Below, piece by piece: positions 31,559-44,451 of a DNA stretch of 64,000 nucleotides. The stretch's first letter is position 1; each line of letters starts with the position of its first letter. Source of the DNA: Dictyostelium discoideum (lineage: Eukaryota); contig CM000151.3 in assembly GCA_000004695.1 (NCBI GenBank), positions 3,456,001-3,520,000 on the forward strand. The letters are read 5' to 3'. The notes beneath the pieces were generated by a model, which made no database searches, was not told the origin of the DNA, and worked only from the letters and a program-made list of their open reading frames with translations. Position numbers and translations under genes: made by a program.

Positions 31559-34500
31559 ATGAATTCATTATTAAATAATTTAATAATTGATTATGAATAT
31601 GACTTAATTAAAGTTCATCATCATATTCAAAAAAATATTTTTATTTTCCCATTTAAAAAACAACATTATCATTCAACTGTACTTGAATGTTTAATTAATT
31701 TATGTAGTAAATTAAAATATGACGAAAATGAAAATTTAAATTCATTAGATCAATTTAAAATAATTTTTTATAATGAAAGGTAATAAAAATATATAATTTT
31801 TTTATAACTTTTTTAATTTAATAATATAATATAATTAAACAAATTAAAAAAAAAAAAGTAAATTTTTAAATAAAAATTTAAAAGAATATTTAGAAATTTT
31901 AAAAAATTCAAAAGAAATTAATAAACATGTAATTTGTGATTATTTTGAAAAAGATAATAATGGTAGCGAAGAAAAGAATCAAAATTCATCAATTGTTTTT
32001 AATTTTTTAAATTGTTTTAAAGATTATTTATCAATGGATATTATTGAATTTATTGTTAGAGGTATTTCATTTCAAGTACGTAGTTATTGTAATCTTATTA
32101 AACCAATCGAGCAATGGAAACAAAAAACCTATCAACAAAGATATCAACAATTCAAGAAAGCATTGCATTTAAATAATGAAGTTTATAAAAGAATCGTTTG
32201 TAATGGCGTTTGGAAATCGGAGAAATTAGATTACATTTATCGTTATAAAAGTGACCAGTTATCATTGGTTGGTATAATTGAAAGTGATTGCTCAGATTTA
32301 TTCATTTCAACATTATTAATCGATTCAAATAGTTATGAACAATTGGAGAATGTTTGGAGATTAATTTGTAATTTTGATTCATTTTCAATTGCTTCCAAAT
32401 TTTTAATTGAATTTTTCAAATTGGATAAGGTTAATAATAAATTAAATTTTTCAATTCATCCATCATCAGATGCAAATGAAAATTATAAAAGAACTAAAAC
32501 ATCAACCAATTCAAATTTATCGATTGATCTCGTTAGATTATTAGAGTTTACAACTACAAACTTTAGTATCAATGTTGCAAAACTTTTAATTTCAAAATTC
32601 CCAACATTTATAACTTCAATACCATCAAGAAATAGTTTATGGGGTATTGAATCAAGATCTTCGCTAAATCCAATTGAAAATCATTTTAGAATTTTAAATT
32701 GTTCTTTTGATTTTAATAATCATCAAATTCCAATTGATAAACAAAAAGATTATATTAATTTATTTACAAAAAATTTAATTCATTTTAATACTGAAATTAA
32801 TGAAATTGAAGATTTAATTTTAAAAGAACGATATCATATATCAATTAGATCAATTAATAATAATAATCATGATGATGATGATTATGATGATTATGATGAT
32901 GATGATGATCATCATTCTGGTTGTAACAATAATAATAATAATAATAATGATGGTGATCATAATGAAGATGAAAATAGTATTAAAGAAGAAAGTTTAATAG
33001 AATTTTCAAATTATAAAGTTGATTCAATGATTTCAAGATTATTAAAATATAATGCACCGTCAACAACTATTATTGCTTTATTATCAAATTTAGTTTGTAA
33101 TCATATGGGTGTTTCTCAAAGAATTTTAATACTTTCAACATTAATTGAAGAAATTCAAATGATAGAATCATTATTAGTTCAAAATGATAGTTTTAAAACT
33201 TTTATGCTTTGCGAATCAATGGTTTCAACACCAAATAGATGGAGTAAACAAAGTATTCCATTGGTTTTCTTTGCTTATATTGGTAGTGATATTTTAAATT
33301 TAAAAGAACGTCCAATGTTTTATAAATTCTTTGATTTAAATCCAAGATTATTATTATCAATCATACCAGTACCATTAATTTTTAAAACTTTTTTAAGTTG
33401 TTCAGATATAATTAGAAATAATTTTGAAGATGATTTAATTAATTTTGAAGATGATGATTCAAGTAGTGTTAATTTCTTTGGTTTCACTTCAAACTTTTCA
33501 AATTCTGATCAAGATTATTTGTCGGCTTTAGAAACTTGTTTTGAAAATTCAAATGTTTTCAATGATCAACAATTAAAACAAATGGCAAGAAAGCTATTAA
33601 CTTTTTCAAAGAGAGAAAATCAATCTAGAATCGCTGAATCTGAACTATTGGAAGAGTTGGAACTTGAAGAAAAAAGAAAGAAACAAAAACAACAAGAAAA
33701 AATTAAAAAAAGATTAAAAAGAGAGAAAAGATTAAAAGAAAAACAAGACTTACTCTTAATTAAACTTGAAAAACAAAAAGAAAAACAACTTGAAGAACAA
33801 ATGAAAAAAAGAGAAAAGAAACTACAAAAATTGGAAAGAAAAAGATTATATAAAAAACTTCAAGATGATGAAAAACAAAAATTAATTGAAAAACAAAAAC
33901 AAAAAGAAAAAGAAAAAGAATTATCAAAACAAAAAGAAAAAGAATTTGAATTATTAAAACAAAAAGAAATTGATGAAATTAAACAAAAAAGTATTCAAGA
34001 AATTGATGAAATTAATAAAAATATTCAACAAAATCAATTAAAAATTGATGAAATTAATAAAAAATTAGAAATTAAAGAAATTCAAAATTTTCAATTACCA
34101 TTATTAAATCAACAACAACAACAACCACCACCACTTCAATTATTAAAACAACAGCAACAACAACCATCATCATCATTAACTATTCAATTAGAATCAATAA
34201 CACCAATTTTAGAACCAAAAAATGATAATGTAGTTTTATTAAAATCATCAATTGAAACTCCAATTGATTCTGTAAAGAAAATTCAATCAATTATTGAAAT
34301 TCAATTAGAAGAAGAAAATCAAAAGAAAAAAGAAATGGAAACAATTGATGAATATGAAGAGATTAATATTAATAAAAAACAAATTAATAGTAATATGAAA
34401 TGGGGTGGAATTGGTGAACCATCTTGGATTTCTGTTAAAAAGGATAATAAAAAATCAAAATCAACAATAACAACATCAACAACACCAACAACAACAACAC

Positions 34501-34587
34501 CAGCAAAAGTAATTACATCACAATTCAAAAATGAACAAACTAAAAAATTAATAATTGAAAATAATAAAAAACAAAATTTAATCAATG

Positions 34588-34659
<72 letters not shown>

Positions 34660-35984
34660 TAAATAATATAATTCAAGATGAAGATTTTGTATCAATTGGT
34701 AAATTTAAATTTAATAGAAATGAATCAAATATATTAGGTAGAGGTTCAAATGGTACATTAGTATTTAAAGGTTTATGGAGTGATAAAATACCAGTTGCAA
34801 TTAAACAAATGCAAAAAGCATTCAATCCACTTATCAATAAAGAAGTTGAAGCATTAATTTCATTAACAAGTAAAAATTGTTCAAATATGATTAGATATAT
34901 TGATAAAGAGGAAGATAAACTTCATGTATATTTAGGTTTAACATTATGTGATGGATCATTACAGAATTTAGTTGAAAGTGGTAAATTAAATGATTTTGTT
35001 ATTTCATCAAACAAATCAATTATTGAACTTGCAAAAGATATTCTCTTTGGTATTCAATTCCTTCATTCTCATGATATTGTTCATAATGATTTAAATCCAC
35101 GTAATATTTTAACATTAATTGGTAAAACTAGTAATAATAATAATAGTTCAAATAACTCATTCATTATATCAGATCTTGGATTAAGTAAAATGGAAGTTGA
35201 ATCATCATATTCATTTACAAGTAATATACCAACAGGTCAAGGTGGTTATCATCCATTTGAAGTATTACAAAGTAAAAGAATGACAAAATCTGTCGATATA
35301 TTTTCATTGGGTTGTATTTTATTTTATCTTTTAACAAATGGTCAACATCCATTTGGTAATGATAAATTATTTCGTATAGTTAATATAATTTCAAATAAAA
35401 TGAATCTAACTCCATTGAATTCAAATCAATTGGCTTGTACTTTAATTAAATCAATGATTTCAAAAGATGAATCAATTAGACCAACCATCCAAAATGTTTT
35501 AAATCATCCATTGTTTTGGAATTTAGAAAAGAAAATACAATTCATTGATGCAGCTTTAAATTTAATTAAAGAACCTTCAAACTCAAGTTACAATTCAAAG
35601 TTAACAAAACAATTAAATCATTGTGATGATAATGATGAACCATTTTTAAATGATTCTTGGAATCATTTAATTGATGTAACCAATCTTTTAACACCAACAA
35701 AAGGTTCAAAAATAACCATTTCATATCAATATGATAAAGTTAGAGATTTAATTAGATTCATTAGAAATACAATTGCTCATCATAAAGAAATTAAAAGAGC
35801 AATCATTCAACAATTTCAAAATCAACAATCACGTCCAAATTTAGAAGTTTTAGAGTATTTATCAAGTCAAGATTCTATCTTATTATATTTTGAATCAAAA
35901 ATTCCAAATTTAATTCATCATATTTATCAACAATTAAAACAATATTCTTTAACTATTGATTATTTATTTAATTTTTATAATTAA
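31559..35984 (+). CDS. IRE1-like protein kinase with C-terminal KEN (RNase-like) domain, Dictyostelium irl-type, no luminal sensor domain; exons 31559-31779 and 31859-35984
   Basis: Track ORF 31559-31783 is exon 1, with donor AG|GTAATA at 31780. The acceptor aaaag| at 31858 restores the frame into the 1316-aa ORF; the upstream stretch 31860-32033 is open in that frame. The product has a K/E-rich coiled-coil middle. The kinase domain carries [14 protein letters not shown] and DLG. The C-terminus, [23 protein letters not shown]...[18 protein letters not shown], aligns to the IRE1/RNase L KEN-domain start. Confidence 0.65.
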
Positions 35985-36273
35985 AAAAAAAAAATAATAA
36001 ATAAATAAATAAATTCTAATCAAGAATTAATAAATCAAAAAAAAAAAAAAAAAGTGAATAAATAAATAAATAAAAAGTGAATAAATAAATAAAAAAGTGT
36101 AGATTTTTTTTTTTTTAGGGTAACATTTTGTTTTTATTTTTTAATAACTCTTTTTCAAACTTTATATATACAAATTCATTATTCAAACAATTACTATTTA
36201 TATTTTATTATATTTTTATTATTTTTATTATTATTATTTTTTATTGCTATATATATTTTTTTTTATTTTTTTT

Positions 36274-36930
36274 TTATAAATCAATTCTAAAAAATTTTCT
36301 TTCAAAACCATATAACATTTCTTGATGATAATATTTAAGACCAGCTTTTTGAATAATTGATAAAGAACCAAAATTATCAATTCTGGCAGTTGCATAAATT
36401 GTATATAATGGTTTTCCAATTAAACCTGGACCGGTTGAAATTAAATGATTTTCTTTTTTAATTGCATCAGACATACAATGTACTAATACTTCTAACATTT
36501 CTGAACCATAACCTTTACCCCAATGATTTTTATCTATTATAATTGCCAATTCAGCTTCACCATCAACTTTACCATACATAAACATTACATGACCAATGAA
36601 ATCATTATTTAATTTATTAAATACCATTAAACCATTACAAACATCTTGATTTTTCCAACCTTCTATCCATTGATCAACATCTTGGTCAACTTGCTCCTTT
36701 GTTTGAACTCCATAGCCATATTTAACTGTATTCACTGGATCACATAATAATTGATAAAAAGTTTCTCTATCTTTAATATCATTAGTTATATTTCTAATTA
36801 ATAATCTATCTGTAATAATTTTAACATTTAATCCTTTTTTTTCTGATTCATCAACTTTATCATCAATATAAAATTCAACTGTAGATTCATTAATTTTATT
36901 ATTATAATTTTTATAATTATAAATTGTCAT
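36274..36930 (-). CDS. GNAT-family N-acetyltransferase (RimJ/RimL-like)
   Basis: The motif HWGKGYGSEMLEVLV is an acetyl-CoA binding motif A. 218 aa, ATG after an A-run. Confidence 0.7.
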   Translation of the reverse strand: MTIYNYKNYNNKINESTVEFYIDDKVDESEKKGLNVKIITDRLLIRNITNDIKDRETFYQLLCDPVNTVKYGYGVQTKEQVDQDVDQWIEGWKNQDVCNGLMVFNKLNNDFIGHVMFMYGKVDGEAELAIIIDKNHWGKGYGSEMLEVLVHCMSDAIKKENHLISTGPGLIGKPLYTIYATARIDNFGSLSIIQKAGLKYYHQEMLYGFERKFFRIDL

Positions 36931-37444
36931 TGTTTTTTTATTTTTTTTTATTTTTTTTAAATATCAATGTTTAAACTATATATAAAATTATTATATATAA
37001 ATAAATTTTTCAGAATTTGTCGTTCGTTTTTTTTTTAAAGTTTGTTTTCGAGTTTTAAAAAAAAAAAATTAAAAAATAAAATAAAAAATTATTTAAAAAA
37101 AAAAACAAAACAAAAAATGTTAAAAATATGGATATTTGCTGATATTAAAATGAAAAGAATAATTTTTTCAATTGAAATTTCAAACAAAATTATTATTGAT
37201 TTGTTTAAAAAATCTTGGTGGTATAATTTCCCAAAAAAAAAAAAAATTAATTTTAGAATTTAATTATTTTTTTTTTGCCTGTTTTTGTTTTAATTTATTT
37301 TTTTTTTTTGACCAAAACACCTAGTTTTTTTACTTTTCAGATTTAATAAAAAAAAAATATATATATATATTTACTACAACATAATATATAGTTATTTCTT
37401 TTTTTTTTGTTTTTAAAAAAATTACAACTTTTTTTATTTATTTA

Positions 37445-37473
<29 letters not shown>

Positions 37474-37479
<6 letters not shown>

Positions 37480-38770
37480 AATTTTTCTAATCCATTCCTT
37501 ATGATCAATAAGAGTTATATCTTCTTCATTTGAAATTGATTTTAAATATTTTGTTAGATGGAATAAGACATTATCACCATACTTTTTAGCATCTTTAATT
37601 TTAAAAGGTGGAACATGTACACCATTCTTTGGATTCATTGCAAAGTTTTTGGAGAGATCATCAACATGTAAAGTATTTTTCATACTAAAGAATTTACCTA
37701 AATGTTGATGTTTCCAAATTACTTCCAATGCTTTTACATTATGTTTAATTTTAGTTCTCTCTTTACCATTGATGGTTCTATAGGTTGTTACCTTAAACAT
37801 TAATGTTTGATCCATTACAAAACAAATTTTAAAACGTGGATTAGTTAATAATCCCAACTCTGTTAATTTAATTTCAATCCATTTCCAACTAGTTTGAGAC
37901 CAAATTCCAATATCATAATGTTGATAGGATTGTACTAAAAATTCTTCTAAATGTGGTCTTTTCATATCTATATTTATTTAAAAAAAAAAAAAAAATTAAT
38001 TATTTATTTTATTTTATTATATTATTTTATTTTATTTATTTTATTTTATTTTATTTTTATTTACTTTCAACATCTTGATCTTTAAAATCTAAAATTGTAT
38101 GATCTAAATCTAAAACTAATAATTTTTTATTTGGTCTTGGGTCATTAATTAAAGAGATATCATTTGAACGTTCAATCATTGCAAGTAATTGATTTTTATT
38201 TTTTTCAATATGAGAGATTTCATCAGAATCTGGGATATAATCAAATTCGAAATCATTGAATACCTCATCGGTATCACCACTTGTTTTTGGAACGTCAGCA
38301 ATAATATTTGACTCTGGTGTACCCATCATAATGATACTATGATTATCTTGAATTGATAATGATTCTATTATCATTTCATCAGTTGGTTGTTTACCTTTTG
38401 ATAATCCTAAAATTTTTTGTCTCTTTGATAATACATTTGTCATTGTTTCCAATTGTCTCTTTAAATCAAAAACTGTTGAACTCTTTGAAATCAATACTTT
38501 ATATTCTTTACCATTCCATTTGGTTTTTATTGTAATTTTTGAATTTTCTTCATTTATTATTGTTGTTGTTGTTGTGGTTGTTTTTGTTTTTAAATCAGAG
38601 TCATTTATAATATTAGTTGTTGTTGTTGTTGTAGTTGTAGTAGTGGTATTAGTTGTAGTGTTATCATTTGTGTTATTACTATTAGAATCTGTTGTTGTTA
38701 TTATACTATTTATTGTTGACTCTGTTGTTGTTGGTGGATTAGTTGTTGAGGATGAAACTATTGTATCCAT
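37474..38770 (-). CDS. Ubiquitin-like domain-containing CTD phosphatase (UBLCP1 homologue); exons 38770-38065 and 37967-37474
   Basis: Exon 1 holds a Thr/Asn-rich N-terminus, a UBL domain (KWNGKEYKVLISKSSTVFDLKRQLE) and the HAD motif LLVLDLDHTILDF. Donor A|GTAAAT at 38064 and acceptor aaatatag| at 37968, phase 1. Exon 2 (MKRPHLEEFLVQSYQHYDIGIWSQTSWKWIE...) matches human UBLCP1 [30 protein letters not shown]. Confidence 0.75.
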
Positions 38771-39248
38771 TTTTTTTTTTTTTTTTTAAATTGAAATATT
38801 GAGTTTTATTTTATATTGTTTTTATAAAAAATAAAAAAAAAAAATTTAAAAAAGAAAAATGAAATAAAAAAAATTATGTGTGCTTTCTTTTTTTTTTTTT
38901 TTTTTAATTATTTTTTATTTTTTAATTATTTTTGTTAATTGTTCATGGGGTTAGAAAAAAAAAAAAAAAAAAAAATTTATTAAATTAAAAAAAAAAAAAT
39001 GAAAAAAAAAAAAAACTATTTTTTAAAAAAAAAAATAAAAAAAAATAAAATAAAAAAAGATAATTTAAATTAATAAAAAAAAAAAAAAGAAATAAGGGAA
39101 ATAAAATATTAAAAAAACTAATTCTATTAATAGGATTAACTAAGTTTTTTTTTTTTTTTTTTTTTTTTTTATAAATTTAATCTAATCCTTTGGATTTCAA
39201 ATAACAATTTTAAATTTTTTTAATTTTATTTTTATTTTTATTTTTATT

Positions 39249-39291
<43 letters not shown>

Positions 39292-39453
39292 AAAATTTTT
39301 TTTTTTTTTTTTTTGAAAATTTTATTTGTATTACACCACAAAATTAGTTTTAAAAAAAAAAAAAAATATCAACAACCTTATACCTACCCTATAAATCAAT
39401 AATTATTGAAATTTAATATTAAACAAATACACATATATATATAAATTTAGAAA

Positions 39454-39886
39454 ATGTCTGAAACTAAAGTAAGTATTTTTTTTTTTTTTTTTTTTTTTAA
39501 AAATCTATTTTTATAAGTGCATTGTTTTTTTTGTGAACTTACACCCCCTTTCCCCTATTTAAATTTAATAAAGGGAAATAGAAATTATTTTATATTAATA
39601 ATAAACTATTTTATATTATTTTATAGCCAATGACCGAAGAAGAAAAGAAATTTTTTGATAAATATGGAAGATTACCAACTCCATCAACACTTTTATCAAA
39701 AAGAGTTTGTATTACAGTTTTAATCTTTATCCCTCCCCTTTTACTTTTATTTAAATATGTTGGATATTAATACAGGTATTCTTTCACTTTTTTTTTTTTT
39801 TATTTATTTTAGGATAAAAAATATTTTGACTCTGCAGATTGGGCAAAGGGTCAACAAACTGATGCAAAAGAAGTTAAACAACCAGA
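39454..39886 (+). CDS. Endosulfine/ARPP-19/Igo-family micro-protein (58 aa); exons 39454-39468, 39627-39704 and 39803-39886
   Basis: Not in the ORF track. ATGTCTGAAACTAAA|GTAAGT; acceptor ttttatag|CCAATG; donor AGA|GTTTGT; acceptor tttttag|GAT. The product contains KYGRLPTPSTLLSKR and KYFDSADWAKGQ, which matches the conserved endosulfine core (KYFDSGDY, the Greatwall site). Confidence 0.55.
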
Positions 39887-40265
39887 AACCAAATAAATTT
39901 AACAAAAGAATAAAACATTAAAAAAATAAAAAAATAAAAAATAAAAAAAAAAAATAAAAAATTAAAATGAAAAAAAAAAGTTAAAAGTAAAAAAAAAAAA
40001 ATAAAAGAAAAAAGAGTAGTATAGGAAAGATTCAAAAAGAAGTAAATATAAAAGTTTGGTTTTTTTTTTTTTTTTCTCAAAAATAATAAATGAATTCAAT
40101 TGCCATAATAATTAATAATAATAATAAAAAAAAAAAAAAAAAATTAAAAGTAATTCTAATTGTGAAACTTTTTTTTTTTTTTTTTTTTTTTTTGGTATAA
40201 ACAAATAATAAAAATATAAAAAAAAGAATTATTATTTTCAATTTTTAAACCCCCTGTCTCCTCCC

Positions 40266-40302
<37 letters not shown>

Positions 40303-40360
40303 AAACCAGTTTCTTTGAAAATAAAACAATTTCAAATTTGAGCTTCAAAATCTTTTAAAA

Positions 40361-40396
<36 letters not shown>

Positions 40397-41428
40397 CAAT
40401 TATTTTTTTTAATTAAAACAAGATATGTCAGATTGAGGAAATGAAAGTATCTTGTTAAAAAATAAATTTTAAAGAAGATATTAAAAAATTGGTTGGAAAA
40501 TATTATATAAAAATAAATAAATAAATTAATAAATAAATAAATAAAAATAAAAAAAGAAATTCCAATAATCAAAAAAATAAAAAAATAAAAAATAAGAATA
40601 AATCTTTTGTTTTATTTATTCTTTTCCTTTTTATATTTTATTAAATAAATAAATTTTTTTATAATTTTTTTTTTTTATTGTTAAAAATAAATTTAAATTT
40701 ATTTCTATTAGAAATATTTAAAGGAAAGGATTAATATCTTCACATTGTTCATGTTTCTTCGTTTGGGAATTCTTGATCTATTTCACTACAACATAGCACT
40801 TTTATTGAATTGAAAAGCTTGGTTTTTTATTTTTATTATTATTAATATTATTACTATTATTTTTATTATTTTTATAATTAATAATACTATTATTGAAATA
40901 TTGCGAACTTGAATTATAATTTCGAGAAATAGAAACAATTAATTGATGAATCTAATTTACATAATTAAGAAAAAAAAAAATATTTTAATTTTCATTAAGA
41001 ATTCAATAAATTAAGATTTCTATTTCTTAAATAATAAATTTTTTTTTTTTATTATTGTTTTTTATAATTTTGGATCCCAAAAAAGCATCAAAAAAAAAAA
41101 GGAAAAAAATAAAAAAAAAAGATAAAAATAAATAAAAAAAAGGATAAAAATAAATTAAAAAAAAAAAAAAAAAAAAAAGAGTGGGATTATTTTTTTTTTT
41201 TTTTTTTTTTACAGTAGTTTATATTTTATTATTTTTGTTTTTTGTTTGTTTTTATAAAAGATTTGAAAAAGTCTAATTTCTTAATTTTAAACTATCTATT
41301 TAAAGAATTTAAAAAAGACTGATAAGACTAAAATTAAACCAAGTGTTGAATATAAAACGATTCTAAATAATAAAAAAATTAAAAAAGAATACATAAAGGA
41401 ATTAGTTTTTTTTTTTTTTTTTTTTTTT

Positions 41429-43044
41429 TTATATATAGTTTAATAAAACATACTTTTGATTTCTTTCATCTAAATTTTTCATTGGCGTCTTTTGAATAAT
41501 TTCTAAAGTTTTATCTTGAACTAAAATAGTATTACATTTAATAGTATTGCTAATTGTATTGAATTTATTTTTAATAGTATTTTGTTTAGTAGTAGTTGTT
41601 GTTGTTTGTTGATTGCTTTGTTGTTGTTGTTGTTGTTGTTGTTTTAATTTATCATTTAAAATTACAGATTCATAAGAAGGTGGTGGTGGTAATGGTTTTG
41701 ATCTATTAATTACAGTATTTGAATTTAAAACTACTGAACCAGAGTCATTGTTATTACTAGTGATTGTATTATGAATTACGACTGAACCAGTATCAATTGA
41801 ACCACTGAAAACATTTGGTTTATAAATTACAGAACCAGAAGTAGTTTCACCAATATCATTACTACTATTTGAGTTATTATTTAATAATTTACTTAAAAAT
41901 TGTGGTTTATTATTATTATTATTATTATTATTATCATTTGGTTGTTGTTTTGGTGAAACTGAAGGACCAATTGATTTTCTTTTTTTTGATTTTAATTTTA
42001 TAGCCATTTGAGTTAATTCTTTTAATGCATCTGGTTTTGCACTTTTAATAAAAGGATGATCTAATAATTGAGAAGGTGACCATCTTTCATTGATATCTTT
42101 AGTTAAACATTTATCAACGAATGATACAAACTCTGGTGACCATTTCTTTGGATCTTTAAAAGTTGGTGGAGGTCTTCTACCAATCATATACATGGCTCTC
42201 ATTGGATTAACCTCGGAAAGTGGTGGTTCACCATCGGCCAATTCAATGGCAACTATACCTAATGACCAAACATCGATTTTATTATTGTAATCGGTTTGAT
42301 TTAGAATTTCAGGTGCCATCCAATAGGGCGTACCTGCGATTGAACCTTTGGAAAAAGTGGATTGGATTTGTTGAGAGACGCCAAAATCTGCGATTTTCAC
42401 TTGACCAGTTTCATCCAATAGAATATTTGCCGATTTAATATCACGATGTATGATTTGTTTAGAATGTAAATAAACCAAACCCAATAATGATTGTTGAAGA
42501 ATCAATGAGATCTCTTTCTCTTTAAAAGTTTTACCAATCGATTGCATAATATCATTAAAAGAGGAAAGTGAACAATAATCCATCAAGATCCAATATTTAT
42601 TCTTTAACATTATCGATCCAAAATAACTAACAACATATGGATTATTACATTTCTTTAGAATTTGAATCTCTTTACTAATTGGTTCAACATCATTTGCTTC
42701 GAAAATTTCAAATTCTTTAATTGCAATCGATGTATTTGATGATTTATGAATTGCTCTATAAACTGATCCAAATGATCCTTCTCCTAATTTCTCTTGAATT
42801 TCAAATGATGTTTCACCTCCTGAACTCCAATTTAAATCTAAATCAACATGAACTTTATGTACTAATGAATTTGGTTGTGATATATCAATTTCTTTAAATA
42901 ATTAAAAAAATAAAAAATTAAAAAAAAAAAAAAAGTTAATAATAAAAAAAAAAAAAAAAAAAAAAATTGAAAAAAAAATTAAAAAAAAATTTTAGATTAT
43001 AATTTACCTTTTGGGTTTGATCCACTTCTAAATAATCTAACCAT
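41429..43044 (-). CDS. STE20-family (MST/GCK-like) serine/threonine protein kinase; exons 43044-43008 and 42891-41429
   Basis: Exon 1 ATGGTTAGATTATTTAGAAGTGGATCAAACCCAAAAG|GTAAAT; acceptor tttaaag| at 42892, phase 1. The kinase motifs GEGSFGSVY, AIKEF, HRDIKSANILL, DFGVS and GTPYWMAPE are present, followed by a low-complexity C-terminus. A possible extra 3' exon is described in the findings. Confidence 0.7.
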
Positions 43045-43368
43045 ATTTAAAAATAAGGTTTTAATGAATTAAAATTGGAGAAAAAAAATAAAAAAAAAAA
43101 ATAAAACAAAAAAAAAAAAATAAAGGAGAAAAAAGTTTTTTTATAAAAAAAAAAAAATATTTGCATGCCAAAAAAAAAATTATAAAAAAAAAAAAAAAAA
43201 AATCAAAAAAAAAAAAAATTAAAAATCAAAAAAAATTAAAAATTAAAAAAAATTAAACCAACTGACTATTCTAAAAATAGGAAAATATCTTTTTTTTTTT
43301 TTTATTTTTTTTTCAAATTTAAAATTTCCATTGTTTTTTTTTTTTTTATAAAATATATTTATAGATTT

Positions 43369-44451
43369 TTAATAATCATTGATATCTTGATATACATAAT
43401 GTAATTGAATTGGTTCTGTTAATTCCAAAGGGGTGTGACAACAACCAGTTTTTGGAGAGCAAGAATCAATTGTACAATCATTACCATCATCACAAGAAAT
43501 TGGAGAATGACAACAACCAGTTGTTGGAGAACAAGAATCTATAGTGCAAGCATTACCATCATCACATGAAATTGGTGAATGACAACAACCAGTTTCCATT
43601 GAACAAGAATCTGCAGTACATTGATTACCATCATCACAACTAATTTGATTATGACAACAACCAGTTGAAGGGGAACAAGAATCGGTAGTACATTGATTAC
43701 CATCGTCACAAGAAATTGGAGAATTACAACAACCAGTTTCAATTGAACAAGAATCGGTAGTACATTGATTACCATCATCACAGGTTATTTGATTATGACA
43801 ACAGCCAGTTGAAGGCGAACAAGAATCAAAAGTACATTGATTACCATCATCACAAGTTATTTCATTATGACAACAACCAGTAGACTCTAAACATGAATCA
43901 GTGGTACATTGATTATTATCATCACATGAAATTGGTAAATTACAACAAGCACCAGTTGAATTTGAACAAGTATCAGTGGTACATTGATTAATATCATCAC
44001 AAGAAATTGGAGAATAACAACATTCACCAGTTGAAGGTAAACAAGAATCAACAGTACAAGCATTACCATCACAACATTCTACATTTGTATGGGTACAACA
44101 ACCAGTTTCTTTTAAACAACCATCATTGGTACAAGCATTACCATCATCACATGAAATTGGGGAATAAAAACAACCACTAGATTTTGAACAACCATCAATG
44201 GTACAAGCATCACCATCATTACATTCAATATTGATATGTGTACATCCAGTTTCAATTGAACAACCATCAGTAGTACAATGATTACCATCATCACAATTTA
44301 TTTCAATATGGGTGCAACATCCTTGAATACATAAATCTGTTGTACATTGATCACAATCATCACAATCTAAATTACAATCACATAATTCTTGGCAATTAAT
44401 AATTAAAATTATTATTAAAATTATTAAAATAAAAAAATATTTTTTAATCAT
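43369..44451 (-). CDS. Secreted cysteine-rich protein made of about 13 tandem Dictyostelium CTDC-type repeats (extracellular matrix/spore-coat-like)
   Basis: Signal peptide, then ~24-aa repeats C(D/N)DGNxCTxDxCxxxTGCCHxxIx. The DNA shows 72-bp periodicity. Confidence 0.7.
   Translation of the reverse strand: MIKKYFFILIILIIILIINCQELCDCNLDCDDCDQCTTDLCIQGCCTHIEINCDDGNHCTTDGCSIETGCTHINIECNDGDACTIDGCSKSSGCFYSPISCDDGNACTNDGCLKETGCCTHTNVECCDGNACTVDSCLPSTGECCYSPISCDDINQCTTDTCSNSTGACCNLPISCDDNNQCTTDSCLESTGCCHNEITCDDGNQCTFDSCSPSTGCCHNQITCDDGNQCTTDSCSIETGCCNSPISCDDGNQCTTDSCSPSTGCCHNQISCDDGNQCTADSCSMETGCCHSPISCDDGNACTIDSCSPTTGCCHSPISCDDGNDCTIDSCSPKTGCCHTPLELTEPIQLHYVYQDINDY

Noticed and set aside
31559-31783. 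74-aa stand-alone ORF
   Set aside because: It ends at a GTAATA donor and splices in frame into the irl-type kinase gene, so it is exon 1 and not a separate gene.
38353-38789. Plus ORFs 38353-38535 and 38520-38789 (polyV)
   Set aside because: Antisense of the Thr/Asn-rich N-terminus of the UBLCP1 gene.
43539-44294. Three minus-strand 60-80 aa ORFs inside the Cys-repeat gene
   Set aside because: Alternative-frame readings of the 72-bp tandem repeats.
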